From Neocallimastix sp. 'constans' (Eukaryota): 64,000 nt of DNA. The notes beneath the pieces are model-generated. The model saw nothing but the letters and a program-made list of their open reading frames with translations. It was not told where the DNA came from and made no database searches. Of this stretch, positions 26,763 to 42,470 are shown one piece after another. The position numbers and the translations under genes were made by a program. The DNA lies in the NCBI GenBank assembly GCA_050613775.1, contig JBODTK010000010.1, forward strand, positions 744,001 to 808,000, given 5' to 3'. Each line of letters opens with the position of its first letter. The stretch's first letter is position 1.

Positions 26763-27790
26763 ATGGAAGAAAATCTAATTATTGATGTGAGTCTAACAAA
26801 GGAAAAAAATAAATTATTATTAATATAAAATATAAATTTAATTTTTCATATATAAAGATAATTTCAAAGGTTATATACCGAAATAAATGTAAATCTTTTA
26901 TTATTTTAAATGATAAGAAAAAAATATTAAAATATGATAATTCACATAATCATCCTGAAAAAGAATACGATGTATCTCTATCTTTAATGAATAATAAAAT
27001 TAAAGATGAAATTAAAAAAAGTTCAATTCCTTTTGGTATAAAAATAAAACCCCTATATAATAAAATTTCTAACGAAATGGGATTTATATGTCCAAAATAT
27101 AATTCAATTAAATCATAAATATCAAGAAATATTAATAAAAAACTACCATCCACTGTAACAATATTTACTGAAATTCCTAATGAATCTAAATATTAGAAAG
27201 CAAAGCGAGGTGAAAATTTTATGATATTCAAAAATACTAATTTAATAATTTTTCAATCCCCTTTTCAAGTAAAATTATTTAGGGAATATAATGATGATAT
27301 ATTTGTTGATGGTACATTATTTATTGCCCCTAAATTTAGTTATCAAATATTTATTACAAGAACTTACGCTAAAGAATTAGATAGTTTTTACACTACTTCT
27401 TTTGCAATATTAAAAAATAAAGAACAAGAAACATATAAAATATTATTTGAAAAATTAAAAAAAATGCTAATACATGTAACAATAATATTATTATTGCAGA
27501 ATCACTCAATAGTTATTTAAATAATTTATTTCCAACAAAATCATCTTATTATGAATTAATAGATAAATTAAATGAACTTGAACATTTACCATATTATGAT
27601 TATCAAAGAAAAATAAGAGGAATTTTGAAAATAAAAACAAAAAAGCAATTAATAAAGCTAATGAAATCAGAGTCTTAATTGAACGCTACAAAAATATTGA
27701 AACCAAGTTAATTGATGCTAAATGTGATAGAAATAATACTATTAATTTGCAGTTTGATTGTTTAACCTATTTAAATAATATAATATAAAT
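26763..27790 (+). pseudogene. Mutator-like (MULE) transposase relic
   Basis: IFVDGTLFIAPKFSYQIFIT...FAILKNKEQETYKILFEKLK resembles the MULE DDE domain start. Upstream is a CKSFI...SHNHP zinc-ribbon-like segment. Multiple stops and frameshifts. Confidence 0.75.
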
Positions 27791-29884
27791 ATTATTTCAT
27801 AATAAATAATTAAGAAATGAGGAATAACCAAACGAAATAATCAGAATTCTTTCATTCAAAAATTTAATTTATAAAGCTTATTAAATTTATATTGTTTAAA
27901 TAAATATTCAAATACGTCTCTATAATTAATAATTTTATTATTATAATTATTATTTTTTTTAATAACATTTAAATAAAAGAATTATTATTTTTTTAATAAC
28001 ATTTAAATAAAAGAATTACTATTAATAATATTTATATTTTTAATAACATTTATATTTTTATATAATTTTTTTTTATATAATTTATGTCCCAAAGAATCTT
28101 CGCACCAGAGTGCTAGAATTACACCATGATTCAGTCACGGCCGGTCATTTTGGTGTTTCTAAACTTTTGATTTAATTAATCGCAACTTCTGGTGGCCTAA
28201 GTTACAAAATGATGTAAGAAATTTTATTAAGTCTTGCGATATTTGTTGGAGGACTAAGGTTCCAAGACACAAACCATATAGGGCCTTCTTTCTCCTTTGT
28301 CTACTCCAAATAGACCTTGGTCTGATATCTCCATGGTTTTATTGTTGAATTACCGAAATCCAAAGATATGACCACTGTCATGACTGTTGTTGATAGATTG
28401 ATTAAAATGGCTTATTTTATTACTTTACGTTGTCTTCTTACTGCTTCAATTGCTGCCTATTCTTTTATTAACATATCTTTAGGTTACATGGCTTTCCTGA
28501 TTCCATTGTTTCGGATAGAGGTACGCAATTTACTTCTGATTTTTGGAATCGTCTTTGCGAATTATTTATAATTAAGTTGTCATTCTCCACTTCGAACCAT
28601 CCGCAGAGTGATGGTCAAACGAAGAGGGTGAACGGAATATTGGAACAATATCTCCGTTGTTTCATAAATGAAAGACAAAATAATTGGATTGACTTGCTGC
28701 CTTTTGCCAAGTTCGCCTATAATAATACTTTGCAACAATCAATCAATCAATCACCGTTTTTTGCAAACTATGGATACAATCCAAAATTTAGTCTAGAAAT
28801 TCCATCCTTAGACAAGTCTCATAGAGCTGATGTAAGAGTAAAAGATATAAATGAAAATATTAAATTTTTAAAGGAAAATTTAGAGTCAGCTAAAGAAACT
28901 TATAAAAAATATGCTGATTTTAAGAGATTACCTACACCTGATTTTGGAGTCGGTAAAAAAGTCTGGTTACTCAAAGGAAATATAACAAAAAATGTAAAGA
29001 AGAAATTAGCAGACCAAATGCTTGGTCCCTTTGAAATTGTGAGGAAAGTTAGTTCATTAGCCTACGAACTCAAGTTACCATGTAATATGAGTTGTCACCC
29101 TGTTTTTCATGTATCTTTACTGGAACCGTACTATGAAAATGAATTTGCTGACAGAAATAGTAGGAAAAGAAAGAATAATAAGTTAACTACCGACACCATA
29201 GATAAGGTTCCTGAAAGAATTATTAATATGAGGACATATAGAGGAAAAAATCGTTTCCTCATATCTTGGAAAGGCCTTGATTCTGTTGAAGATTCTGTGA
29301 TCGATGAAGATCAAATTAATGAGAGACAACTAATTCAAGAATATTATCGCATATCTAAAAGGAATAGACGAAATGAGATTGATGATGATGATAAAGATTT
29401 TAATGAAGAATGCATTAGGCATAAATATCAACCATTTGTAATTGACATTCCTTCTCGAAGTTTGAACTCTTAATTCGTAGGAGCTCATCTTAGAGGGCGA
29501 GAATGTAAAGATTTAATAAAATCTTTAATAATTAATTATATAATAATTAATTAATGTAATAAAATTACATAAATTTATGATTTACGTATACGAAAATTAA
29601 TTATAAATTTATGTAAACTTTTCATAAAGGATAAATTATTATTTAAATAATTTTGGATAATAAATTTAATCTAAATAATTTATTTAAGTTAATTAATTTA
29701 ATTTATTTAACTTAGTTAATTTAGTTTAGTTAGTTTAAAATACTTTAAAATTAATTTCGGAATAGTTTTAAATAGTTAAAATTAGTTTAAATAGTTTACA
29801 AAAATAGTTTTGAATTGTAAATATATAAACAATAGTATTAATAATATTTAAATAATTGTAACGAATCTTAAAAAACTAGAAATT

Positions 29885-29963
29885 AGAATGCTGGCATAGT
29901 GGTTAGTCACTATGACCTCAGCCTGAACCACTAGGGTTCGACTCACACCTTTACTAAAATTTT
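29885..29963 (+). promoter_or_regulatory. tRNA-like Pol III internal promoter (A and B boxes) in the 5' LTR of D
   Basis: A box TGGCATAGTGG at 29892-29902, B box GGTTCGACTC at 29935-29944, tRNA-like spacing, T4 at 29960-29963. No complete cloverleaf. Confidence 0.65.
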
Positions 29964-30508
29964 ATATCATTTAAATTTTAAAGAATTTTTATACTTCATT
30001 TCTGTATTTGTTTCTGTATTTGTTTCTGTATAAATTTCTGTAAAAAATTAACAAAAGAAATTCTTAGAAATTAATAGAAACAAATCAGATAGAAATTCTA
30101 TTTTAATTTATCTTTTATCATTATTTCTTTTAGATTCTTTTTAACCGAAAATAATCAATTTTTATGAAACTTTTTAATGATTTTATGGTTTTAAATTTTT
30201 ATGGATTTAAATTTTGAAAAACTATAAATAGGAGTGAATTTCGCAGCCAAAAAAAAAAAAAATATTTTTTAAAAATTGTGTTTTTATTAATTATTGAATT
30301 AATTAATAAGTAATTCGAAATATTACAATAATTAATCTTTATAATTAATATTTTTAAATTTCTTAATTAATAAAACTATATTTTAAAAAACCAAATTACT
30401 TATTAATCAAAAAGTGCTTACCTATTGTGTTACACTCTTTAAAACACGGATATTCCAATATTCGTTACAATAAAAACACCACTAAACTAAGCACAATACC
30501 TTTGCACT

Positions 30509-30845
30509 TTTACTCTTTTTGGAACCCCGTTAAGGAATCCCATTTTCTACTACTCTTTTTGGAACCCCGTTAAGGAATCCCATTTTCTACTACTATTTTT
30601 GGAACCCCGTTAAGGAATCCCATTTTCTACTACTATTTTTGGAACCCCGTTAAGGAATCCCATTTTCTACTACTATTTTTGGAACACCGTTAAGGAATCC
30701 CATTTACTACTATTCTTTTTTGGAACCCCGTTAAGGAATCCCATTCTCTACTACTCTTTTTGGAACCCCGTTAAGTAATCCCATTCTCTATTACTCTTTT
30801 TGGAACCCCGTTAAGGAATCCCATTTTCTACTATTTTTGGAAACC
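30509..30845 (+). repeat. Tandem array of 8 x ~40-bp units in the leader of D
   Basis: Core GGAACCCCGTTAAGGAATCCCATT starts at 30521, 30561, 30601, 30641, 30681, 30722, 30762 and 30802; no unique spacers. Confidence 0.95.
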
Positions 30846-31069
30846 ACTTACCAAGACTATAAATTTTTCTACCAAAATTCATGCATGAATTTATAAATTC
30901 AATCGGAACCCTTGAATTTTACTATATATTAAAATTATTAATATTTTCAATAATCCATATAACCATCCTTGAAATTAAAATTATTTATATTGAAATTAAA
31001 TATTTACTTCTTCTAATAATTAATTATATTGTATATTTATTATTCAATCAAAATTAATGATTATAATAA

Positions 31070-31107
<38 letters not shown>

Positions 31108-31164
31108 ATAATAATAATTTAAATATCTAATAGTTTTAATATAAATAACCAATTGAATAATTAG

Positions 31165-31212
<48 letters not shown>

Positions 31213-31309
31213 AGTAATAATTAATATTTAATAATTAATATTTAATAATTAATAATAATAATTAATAATCAATAATTAGTAATAATTAATAATTAATAAT
31301 TAATAATAA

Positions 31310-31575
31310 TAATAATCAATATTCAATAATTAGTAATAATTAATAGTAATAATCAATATTCAATAATTAGTAATAATTAATAGTAATAATCAATATTCAA
31401 TAATTAGTAATAATTAATAGTAATAATCAATATTCAATAATTAGTAATAATTAATAGTAATAATCAATATTCAATAATTAGTAATAATTAATAGTAATAA
31501 TCAATATTCAATAATTAGTAATAATTAATAGTAATAATCAATATTCAATAATTAGTAATAATTAATAATAATAAT
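31310..31575 (+). repeat. Tandem array of ~7 x 37-bp AT-rich units in the leader of D
   Basis: Unit CAATATTCAATAATTAGTAATAATTAATAGTAATAAT (e.g. starts at 31391 and 31428). Confidence 0.85.
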
Positions 31576-31653
31576 TAATAATAATTAGTAATAATCAATA
31601 TTTAATAATTAATAATAATTAATAATTAATAATTAATAATTAGTAATCAATAA

Positions 31654-35553
<3,900 letters not shown>

Positions 35554-35621
35554 ATATAAATCATTTAATCAAAAATAAATTTTATTTCATCAAAGTACTA
35601 TTAATCATTCTAACTTATGAT

Positions 35622-35654
<33 letters not shown>

Positions 35655-35903
35655 TATTTTATATTATTCAAAAACATTTATTCTAGATAGTTTTATTTTT
35701 ATACTTTATTTTTAAAACTTAAAATTCATGTAATTTTTATTATTCAATGTATTAATTAAATTATCACTCCTATAAGTATTTTAGTTATAGTTTATTATTA
35801 TAAAAGTTAGAATTAGAAATAGTTTAGATTTAAAGCAAAAGATTCGTCTGGCATCCGAATCCTAGAGGAGGACCATGTAACGAATCTTAAAAAACTAGAA
35901 ATT

Positions 35904-35982
35904 AGAATGCTGGCATAGTGGTTAGTCACTATGACCTCAGCCTGAACCACTAGGGTTCGACTCACACCTTTACTAAAATTTT
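35904..35982 (+). promoter_or_regulatory. Second copy of the tRNA-like A/B-box cassette, in the 3' LTR of D
   Basis: A box 35911-35921 and B box 35954-35963, identical to the 5' copy. Confidence 0.65.
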
Positions 35983-36885
35983 ATATCATTTAAATTTTAA
36001 AGAATTTTTATACTTCATTTCTGTATTTGTTTCTGTATTTGTTTCTGTATAAATTTCTGTAAAAAATTAACAAAAGAAATTCTTAGAAATTAATAGAAAC
36101 AAATCAGATAGAAATTCTATTTTAATTTATCTTTTATCATTATTTCTTTTAGATTCTTTTTAACCGAAAATAATCAATTTTTATGAAACTTTTTAATGAT
36201 TTTATGGTTTTAAATTTTTATGGATTTAAATTTTGAAAAACTATAAATAGGAGTGAATTTCGCAGCCAAAAAAAAAAAAATATTTTTTAAAAATTGTGTT
36301 TTTATTAATTATTGAATTAATTAATAAGTAATTCGAAATATTACAATAATTAATCTTTATAATTAATATTTTTAAATTTCTTAATTAATAAAACTATATT
36401 TTAAAAAACCAAATTACTTATTAATCAAAAAGTGCTTACCTATTGTGTTACACTCTTTAAAACACGGATATTCCAATATTCGTTACAATAATAAATAAAT
36501 AATAAATGAGTTCTTATTGAATTTAATTATTATTGTAAGTAAGTTGAAAGTTTATTGAATTAATTATTGTTTAGTTCTAGTTAATTATTATTTAATAAAA
36601 TTATTAATAAATATTTTGTTTATAAATAAATAGTAATATATGTATATTAAATAGGTTTGATATATTAAAATGTAATCATGAAAATATATAAATACATGTA
36701 AAATTCATTATTTAAATAGATGTATTAGTTATCGACTATCAATTAGTTAATAACAATTAGTGATTTGTTTTTCTTAATTAATAAAGATTATTTTTATTTA
36801 AAAAACAAATTTTTATTACGTGTTCTTTTAATTTTAGTGTTAAAATTTTGTTATTTGTAATTTGTTTCCATTAGAAATCATTACA

Positions 36886-38651
36886 ATCTATAATTTAATT
36901 CTTCATTCAGAAAATAAAATTGTAATACCTAATTAAGTATTTTATAATAAAAAGGTAGAGTTAAAACTTTTAAAAACTTTTGGTTGTGTATATTATTTCA
37001 AGGATGATACACAACATAAGTCAACATTTTACCAAATGCTAAGATGGGCGTATTCTTAGGATTTGATGACAAAAAGCACTCATACATGATCATGGATATT
37101 GAAATCAATAAAATGCATTTTACTAATTTTGTATATTTCGTTGAAGAAGAGCCAAGTAAATATAAATATGAAACAAATAATTATAAAGATCCTTACTTCT
37201 CATTCATGAAAGACATCAATAGAAAAAACAGGAATACAGAAGGACAAGAAGAAGAAAATATTAAAACAAATGAAAATAATGTTCAAAATAACAATATACA
37301 TGAGAACATTCAAAATAATAACAATAATATACATGAAAATACAATATATGAAGAAAACAATTTAAATAGAGAAAATAATTTAAATGAAAGAAACATCTTA
37401 AATGAAGAAAATACTTTAAATGAAGAATATAGAAATGCATAGAAATAATTATATTATAAATAGACATGACAATAATATTTCGTTAAATGAAGAAACTCAA
37501 GATTTAATAGCAAAAAATGGATATGAAAAATAACAGTAATTTGAGTGAGGACATTAAAAGAAAAATTAATTTAAAATTTAATTCTGAAATTGAAAATGTT
37601 GGTAATTCCTTGGTAAATATATTAAATGTCAGTACTTGTACAACCGTCAAACCCACAATTAGGACAGTATCTTATCTATATTACTTAGAAATTTTAGAAT
37701 AATAATATATATAAAGGGAATATACTTACCAGTAACCCTAACCACAATATTCCGTAAAACCTCTTTTGAGGAAATCCTGAAAAATGGTCATATATTGATC
37801 AAACCAAATATATCAATAATTTCCAATAATAATATCAATAAATCACATGAAATAAATAATAATAATGATGTTTCACATAAATCAATTAATATTTCATATG
37901 GAAATAATAATGAAATTATTGAAGAAATTATGGCAAATACAGAATACGACAATAACAATAAAAGGCCACGTAGTCCTAAATATAAAGCGACTACACACAC
38001 TAATGCTAGGTTTCGTAGAAAATTAGACCATTTGTCACATTTCAAATATGTATGAAGAAGCAATAAACAGTGAAGACAAAAATAACTGGATTGAGGCTAT
38101 TAATGATGATCTTAATAACCTTTATTCTAACAATGTTATGACTTTTATTAAAAAGGTACCTAAAAACAAAAACATCATTTCCACAAAATGGGTTTTAAAC
38201 ACTAAATGTGATTAAAATATTAATATTTATAAATAAAGCTCATTTAGTTGCTCGTAAATTTAAACACAAAAGGGAATTGACTATGAATTAACGTATTCCC
38301 CTTCACTAAGCATAGATGGCCATAAACTAATTTTGCATTTTTCTGCTACTCTTAAGTGGAATATTTTTCATTTTGATATAAAAGACGCTTACCTTAATGC
38401 TCCGCTTGATAAAGATATTTATACTACTTTTCCTAAAGGGGATACGTACTTTGGAATAGTAGGATATAGGAAACTCAACAAAACTTTAGCCTTAAACAAT
38501 TAGGTAAACTATGGTATAATACCATCCAAAAATTTTTAATAAAAAATATATTTATTCAAATTAAATCCCAACAATGTATTTTTAAATTTGTTTAAAATAA
38601 TATAACAAAATTCAATATCGGTTTAAATGTGAATGACATGGTTATCGCTGG
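36886..38651 (+). mobile_element. Degenerate Ty1/copia element 3 (IN C-terminus, linker, RT); host of gypsy A and B, resumes at 52160-52226
   Basis: Similar to copia 2 Pol: KTFGCVYYFKD, GVFLGFDDKK, ISTKWV, DIKDAYLNAPLDKDIY, and VNDMVIAG|EDEYIKQ across the B insertion. Many stops and frameshifts. Confidence 0.88.
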
Positions 38652-39327
38652 TGTAAAGATTTAATAAATCTTTAATACATTAAATAGCTTAATTTTTCGT
38701 ATAATTAATTTATTTAATATATATGAATTATTTTTTAATATAAAATTTATTGAAATAAAATTTATTAATTATTTTTTAAATTGAAAATATTTGTTAATTA
38801 GTTTAGTTAACTTAGTTTAGTCTTAAATAGTTAAATATTAATTTAGGAATAATCTTCATAATCTTAAATAGTTAATATTTATAAAAATAATTTTTCAATA
38901 TTAAATATATAATTAAAATTATTATAAGTATTAAAATAATAAATAAAATAAAGAGTTTAAAAAATTAATTTTAGTTTTAGTAAATTAATAAATAAAAAAA
39001 ATTATTAATTAAAAAATCTTTTGTTTATAAATAAATAGTTTTATATATATTATTAAATAACATCATTTATTAATAATGTAATAAGAAAAAATATAAATAC
39101 ATGTAATTTTTCTCAATTAAATCGATGTATTAGTTATTAACTATTTTACAGTTAATAACATAAAAAAAATTTATAATTAATAAAAAGAATTTAATAATAA
39201 ACGAATTTACTTATTTGTTTAAATTGTAAAGTGTTTTTTATTGTTAAAATCTGTTTTAATTGACGGATTCATTACAATAACTAATACCCATTAAGATTTA
39301 AACAAAACACGTTATAACAAGTAAAAA

Positions 39328-39480
39328 ACTACTATTGCGTTTGGATTCTACTATTGCGTTTGGATTTTACTACTGTGTTTAGTTTCTACTGTGTTTAGTT
39401 TCTACTGTGTTTAGTTTCTACTGTGTTTAGTTTCTACTGTGTTTAGTTTCTACTGTGTTTGGTTTCTACTGTGTTTGATT
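39328..39480 (+). repeat. Leader tandem repeats of element B (2 x 20-bp, then ~6 x 16-bp TTTCTACTGTGTTTAG)
   Basis: Direct reading, ~50 bp downstream of the 5' LTR. Confidence 0.9.
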
Positions 39481-42470
39481 CATACCGTGTTTACCGTTAC
39501 TGTGTTGCCTTTTGAGCTTTATCTTCAAGGTGTTTTATTTCTACTGTGGCTCTTTCATAACATATTAGTTAATATTATTATATTATATTATATTTGTTTT
39601 GTTTACTCGTCGCACACCATTACAATTGGATATCGTGCTGACGACTTTATGAATAATAATATAATATTAATATAATAATAATTAATTACTAGAACGAAAA
39701 TAATTTAGAATAAATAAAATAAATTATATAAGTAAATACCTTAATAAATAAGCAGTTCAGAAAATCAATAAAATATTAGTTGAAATTTATGTATACAAAT
39801 AAATTAATCAAGTTGGAAGAATTGGATCTCATATTTCAAAATTTAAATCTTGAGGATCAAATGGAACAACAACTTAATCCAGCTCCTCAACTGAAGATTA
39901 TTAAGGACCCTCCCTTATTCTCGGGAACTACGAAAGACCTCGATGGATTTTTGACAAGGATAGAGTTAGCTATCGAGGCAAATCCACAAAGGTTTCCCGA
40001 TGATAGAAGGAAAGTCATGTTCGTTATCTCATATTTTACTGGAAGAGCACTTAACTGGGCTTCTTGCTTATGGAGGAATAATAACGAAGTTCTGAGAAAC
40101 TATGAGAACTTCATTAATGAACTAAGAAGAAACTTTGGCGACCCTGATGTTGATGCTGCTGTCGCTAATGGGAAACTTAACAATATTTGTCAGTTCAAGT
40201 ATGGCCACGTTATGGAATACATCACTGCATTCCAGAAGATAAGCCAATACTCGAACTTTAATGAGTCCGCAAAAATCTTTATGTATATTAAAGGACTCCA
40301 TCCCAAGATGAGAGAACGTTTAGCTCTCGTAAATCCAAATCCCAACAACTTAGAGCAGCTATTTAGGGAATCTGTGAATATAGAAAGCCTTACCAAGAGA
40401 AATGATATCCAAGAATATTACTTAACTCATCAAGACCGTAAAAATTATAATCAAGACGATCCAATGGATGTGGATCTTTATCGCATTAAAAAAGGTCAAA
40501 AAGTCACAAGATATTTCCCATCACACAACAAGAACTACATTGAAAACGAATCAAATATTGAAGAAAGAAGAAAGAAGAGACTATGTTTTAAATGTGGTGA
40601 AGCTGGACACATGCAATTTAATTGTCCAAATAGAATAAAACCAAAAAACTTCAAAATCATTAATAAAGTTCCAAATGAAGATCCCTCTTCTTCTGCCACT
40701 TCTAAATCTACCTCTTCTTCTGTTAGGAGAATTAAGAAAGTTGAAAAGTATGATAATATCTACAAAGTTTTGGATATTGTTGAAAATGAGAATATAAATT
40801 TTAAAGGAAAGACTAACATACTTGATTTTTATATTAAAACAAATGAATCCGATGAGGTTAAAGCAAAGGTTCTCATTGATTCCGGCTCTGATATTAACTG
40901 TATACATCCAGAATTTGCTAGAGTGAATAACATTAAACTTATGAATATTGATAACTCCTTTAAAGTTGCTGGTTTGGGTTATGGTTTATCTACTGTGAAG
41001 AAAATCATCGAGAAATGTATTCTTCATTTTAAGAATCATTATGAAATAATTCAATTACACTCTCTTTGTATCCCTGATGTAGATATCATTTTAGGATTCC
41101 CTTGGATTGAAAAACATTGCCCTATTAACTACCATGATCAAAGAAAATCTCTTTCAGTTCAGGATACTGTGCTCGACACTGTAATGTAGGAAAAAAAATA
41201 GAAAAATTAAAAATAAAAAGAAGTTAAACAAAATTTCTACTAAAGGAAAGGAACCATATGAAGATCTTTCCTTAACAAGGAAAAAATTAATCCTAAGCGT
41301 AAGTATTCTTTTGAATCTGATTCCGATATGGATTCTGATGAAGAAATTACGATTAGAGGTCGTCGTACTCGTATTAAAACTTGTAGTGAAAAAGAAGAAC
41401 TTAATGATTTAAAAATTTTTTGTACAATTAATTATGATAGTGATGTAAATGATAGTTTTATGTTTGATAATGATGATGAAATTTATGAATTTAGTGATAG
41501 TAATAATATTAATTTAGATAAATTAAATAAAATTTGTAAAATTGATGTTTTATGTAATAATGTAACAAAAAATTGTAATCATAATGACAATTTAAATAAA
41601 GATGAAAATAAAAAGTATATTTCTAAAAAGTGTTCTGTAAAAAATTTGTGTTGTATCTGTAATTGTTTAAAAATTAGTAATTTTGAAAATAAATTAAATC
41701 AAAAAATTATAGGAATACCTCCTATTTATAAAAATTATGCAGAAGTATTCAATGAAAGAAATTGCGACGTACTCCCTCCACATCGTGAGTATGATTGTGA
41801 AATAAGATTAAAGAATAATTCAAATTTATTTTATGGACCTATTTATCCTTTAACAGATGTAGAAAGAGACGAATTGAAGAAATACATTAAAGAAAATTTA
41901 GAAAAAGGTTTCATTAGGAAATCGACATCTCCTGCTGGAGCACCTATATTGTTTGTTAAAAAGAAGGATGGTTCATTGAGGTTATGTGTTGACTATAGAA
42001 AATTAAATGAGATGACCATCCGTAATTCCTATTCTCTTCCTTTAATTAGTGAATTACTAGATAGAGTTAAAGGTGCAAAATTCTTTACTAAGTTGGATTT
42101 AAAATCTGCTTATAACTTAGTAAGAATAAAAGAAGGTGACGAGTATAAGACAGCATTTCGTACTCGTTATGGACATTTTGAATATTTGGTTATGCCTTTT
42201 GGGTTAAAAAATGCCCTTGCAACTTTTCAACATTTTATAAATGATGTTCTTAGTGATTACTTAGATGATTTTGTTATTTCATATATTGATGATATTTTAA
42301 TTTATTCAAAAAGCTTAGAAGAACATCATATTCATGTCAAGAAAGTTTTAAAGAAACTATTAGAAAATAATTTATATGTCAAACTCGAAAAATGTGAGTT
42401 TGATGTCTCTGAAACTGCTTTTCTTGGTTATATTTTATCGAAAGATGGTTTAAAGGTTGATCCTAATAAA

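Noticed and set aside
29885..29960. Functional tRNA gene
   Set aside because: A and B boxes are present, but acceptor, anticodon and T stems do not form a convincing cloverleaf and no anticodon can be assigned.
30509..30845. CRISPR array
   Set aside because: Units are near-identical end to end with no unique spacers, there are no cas genes, and it lies inside a eukaryotic retrotransposon leader.
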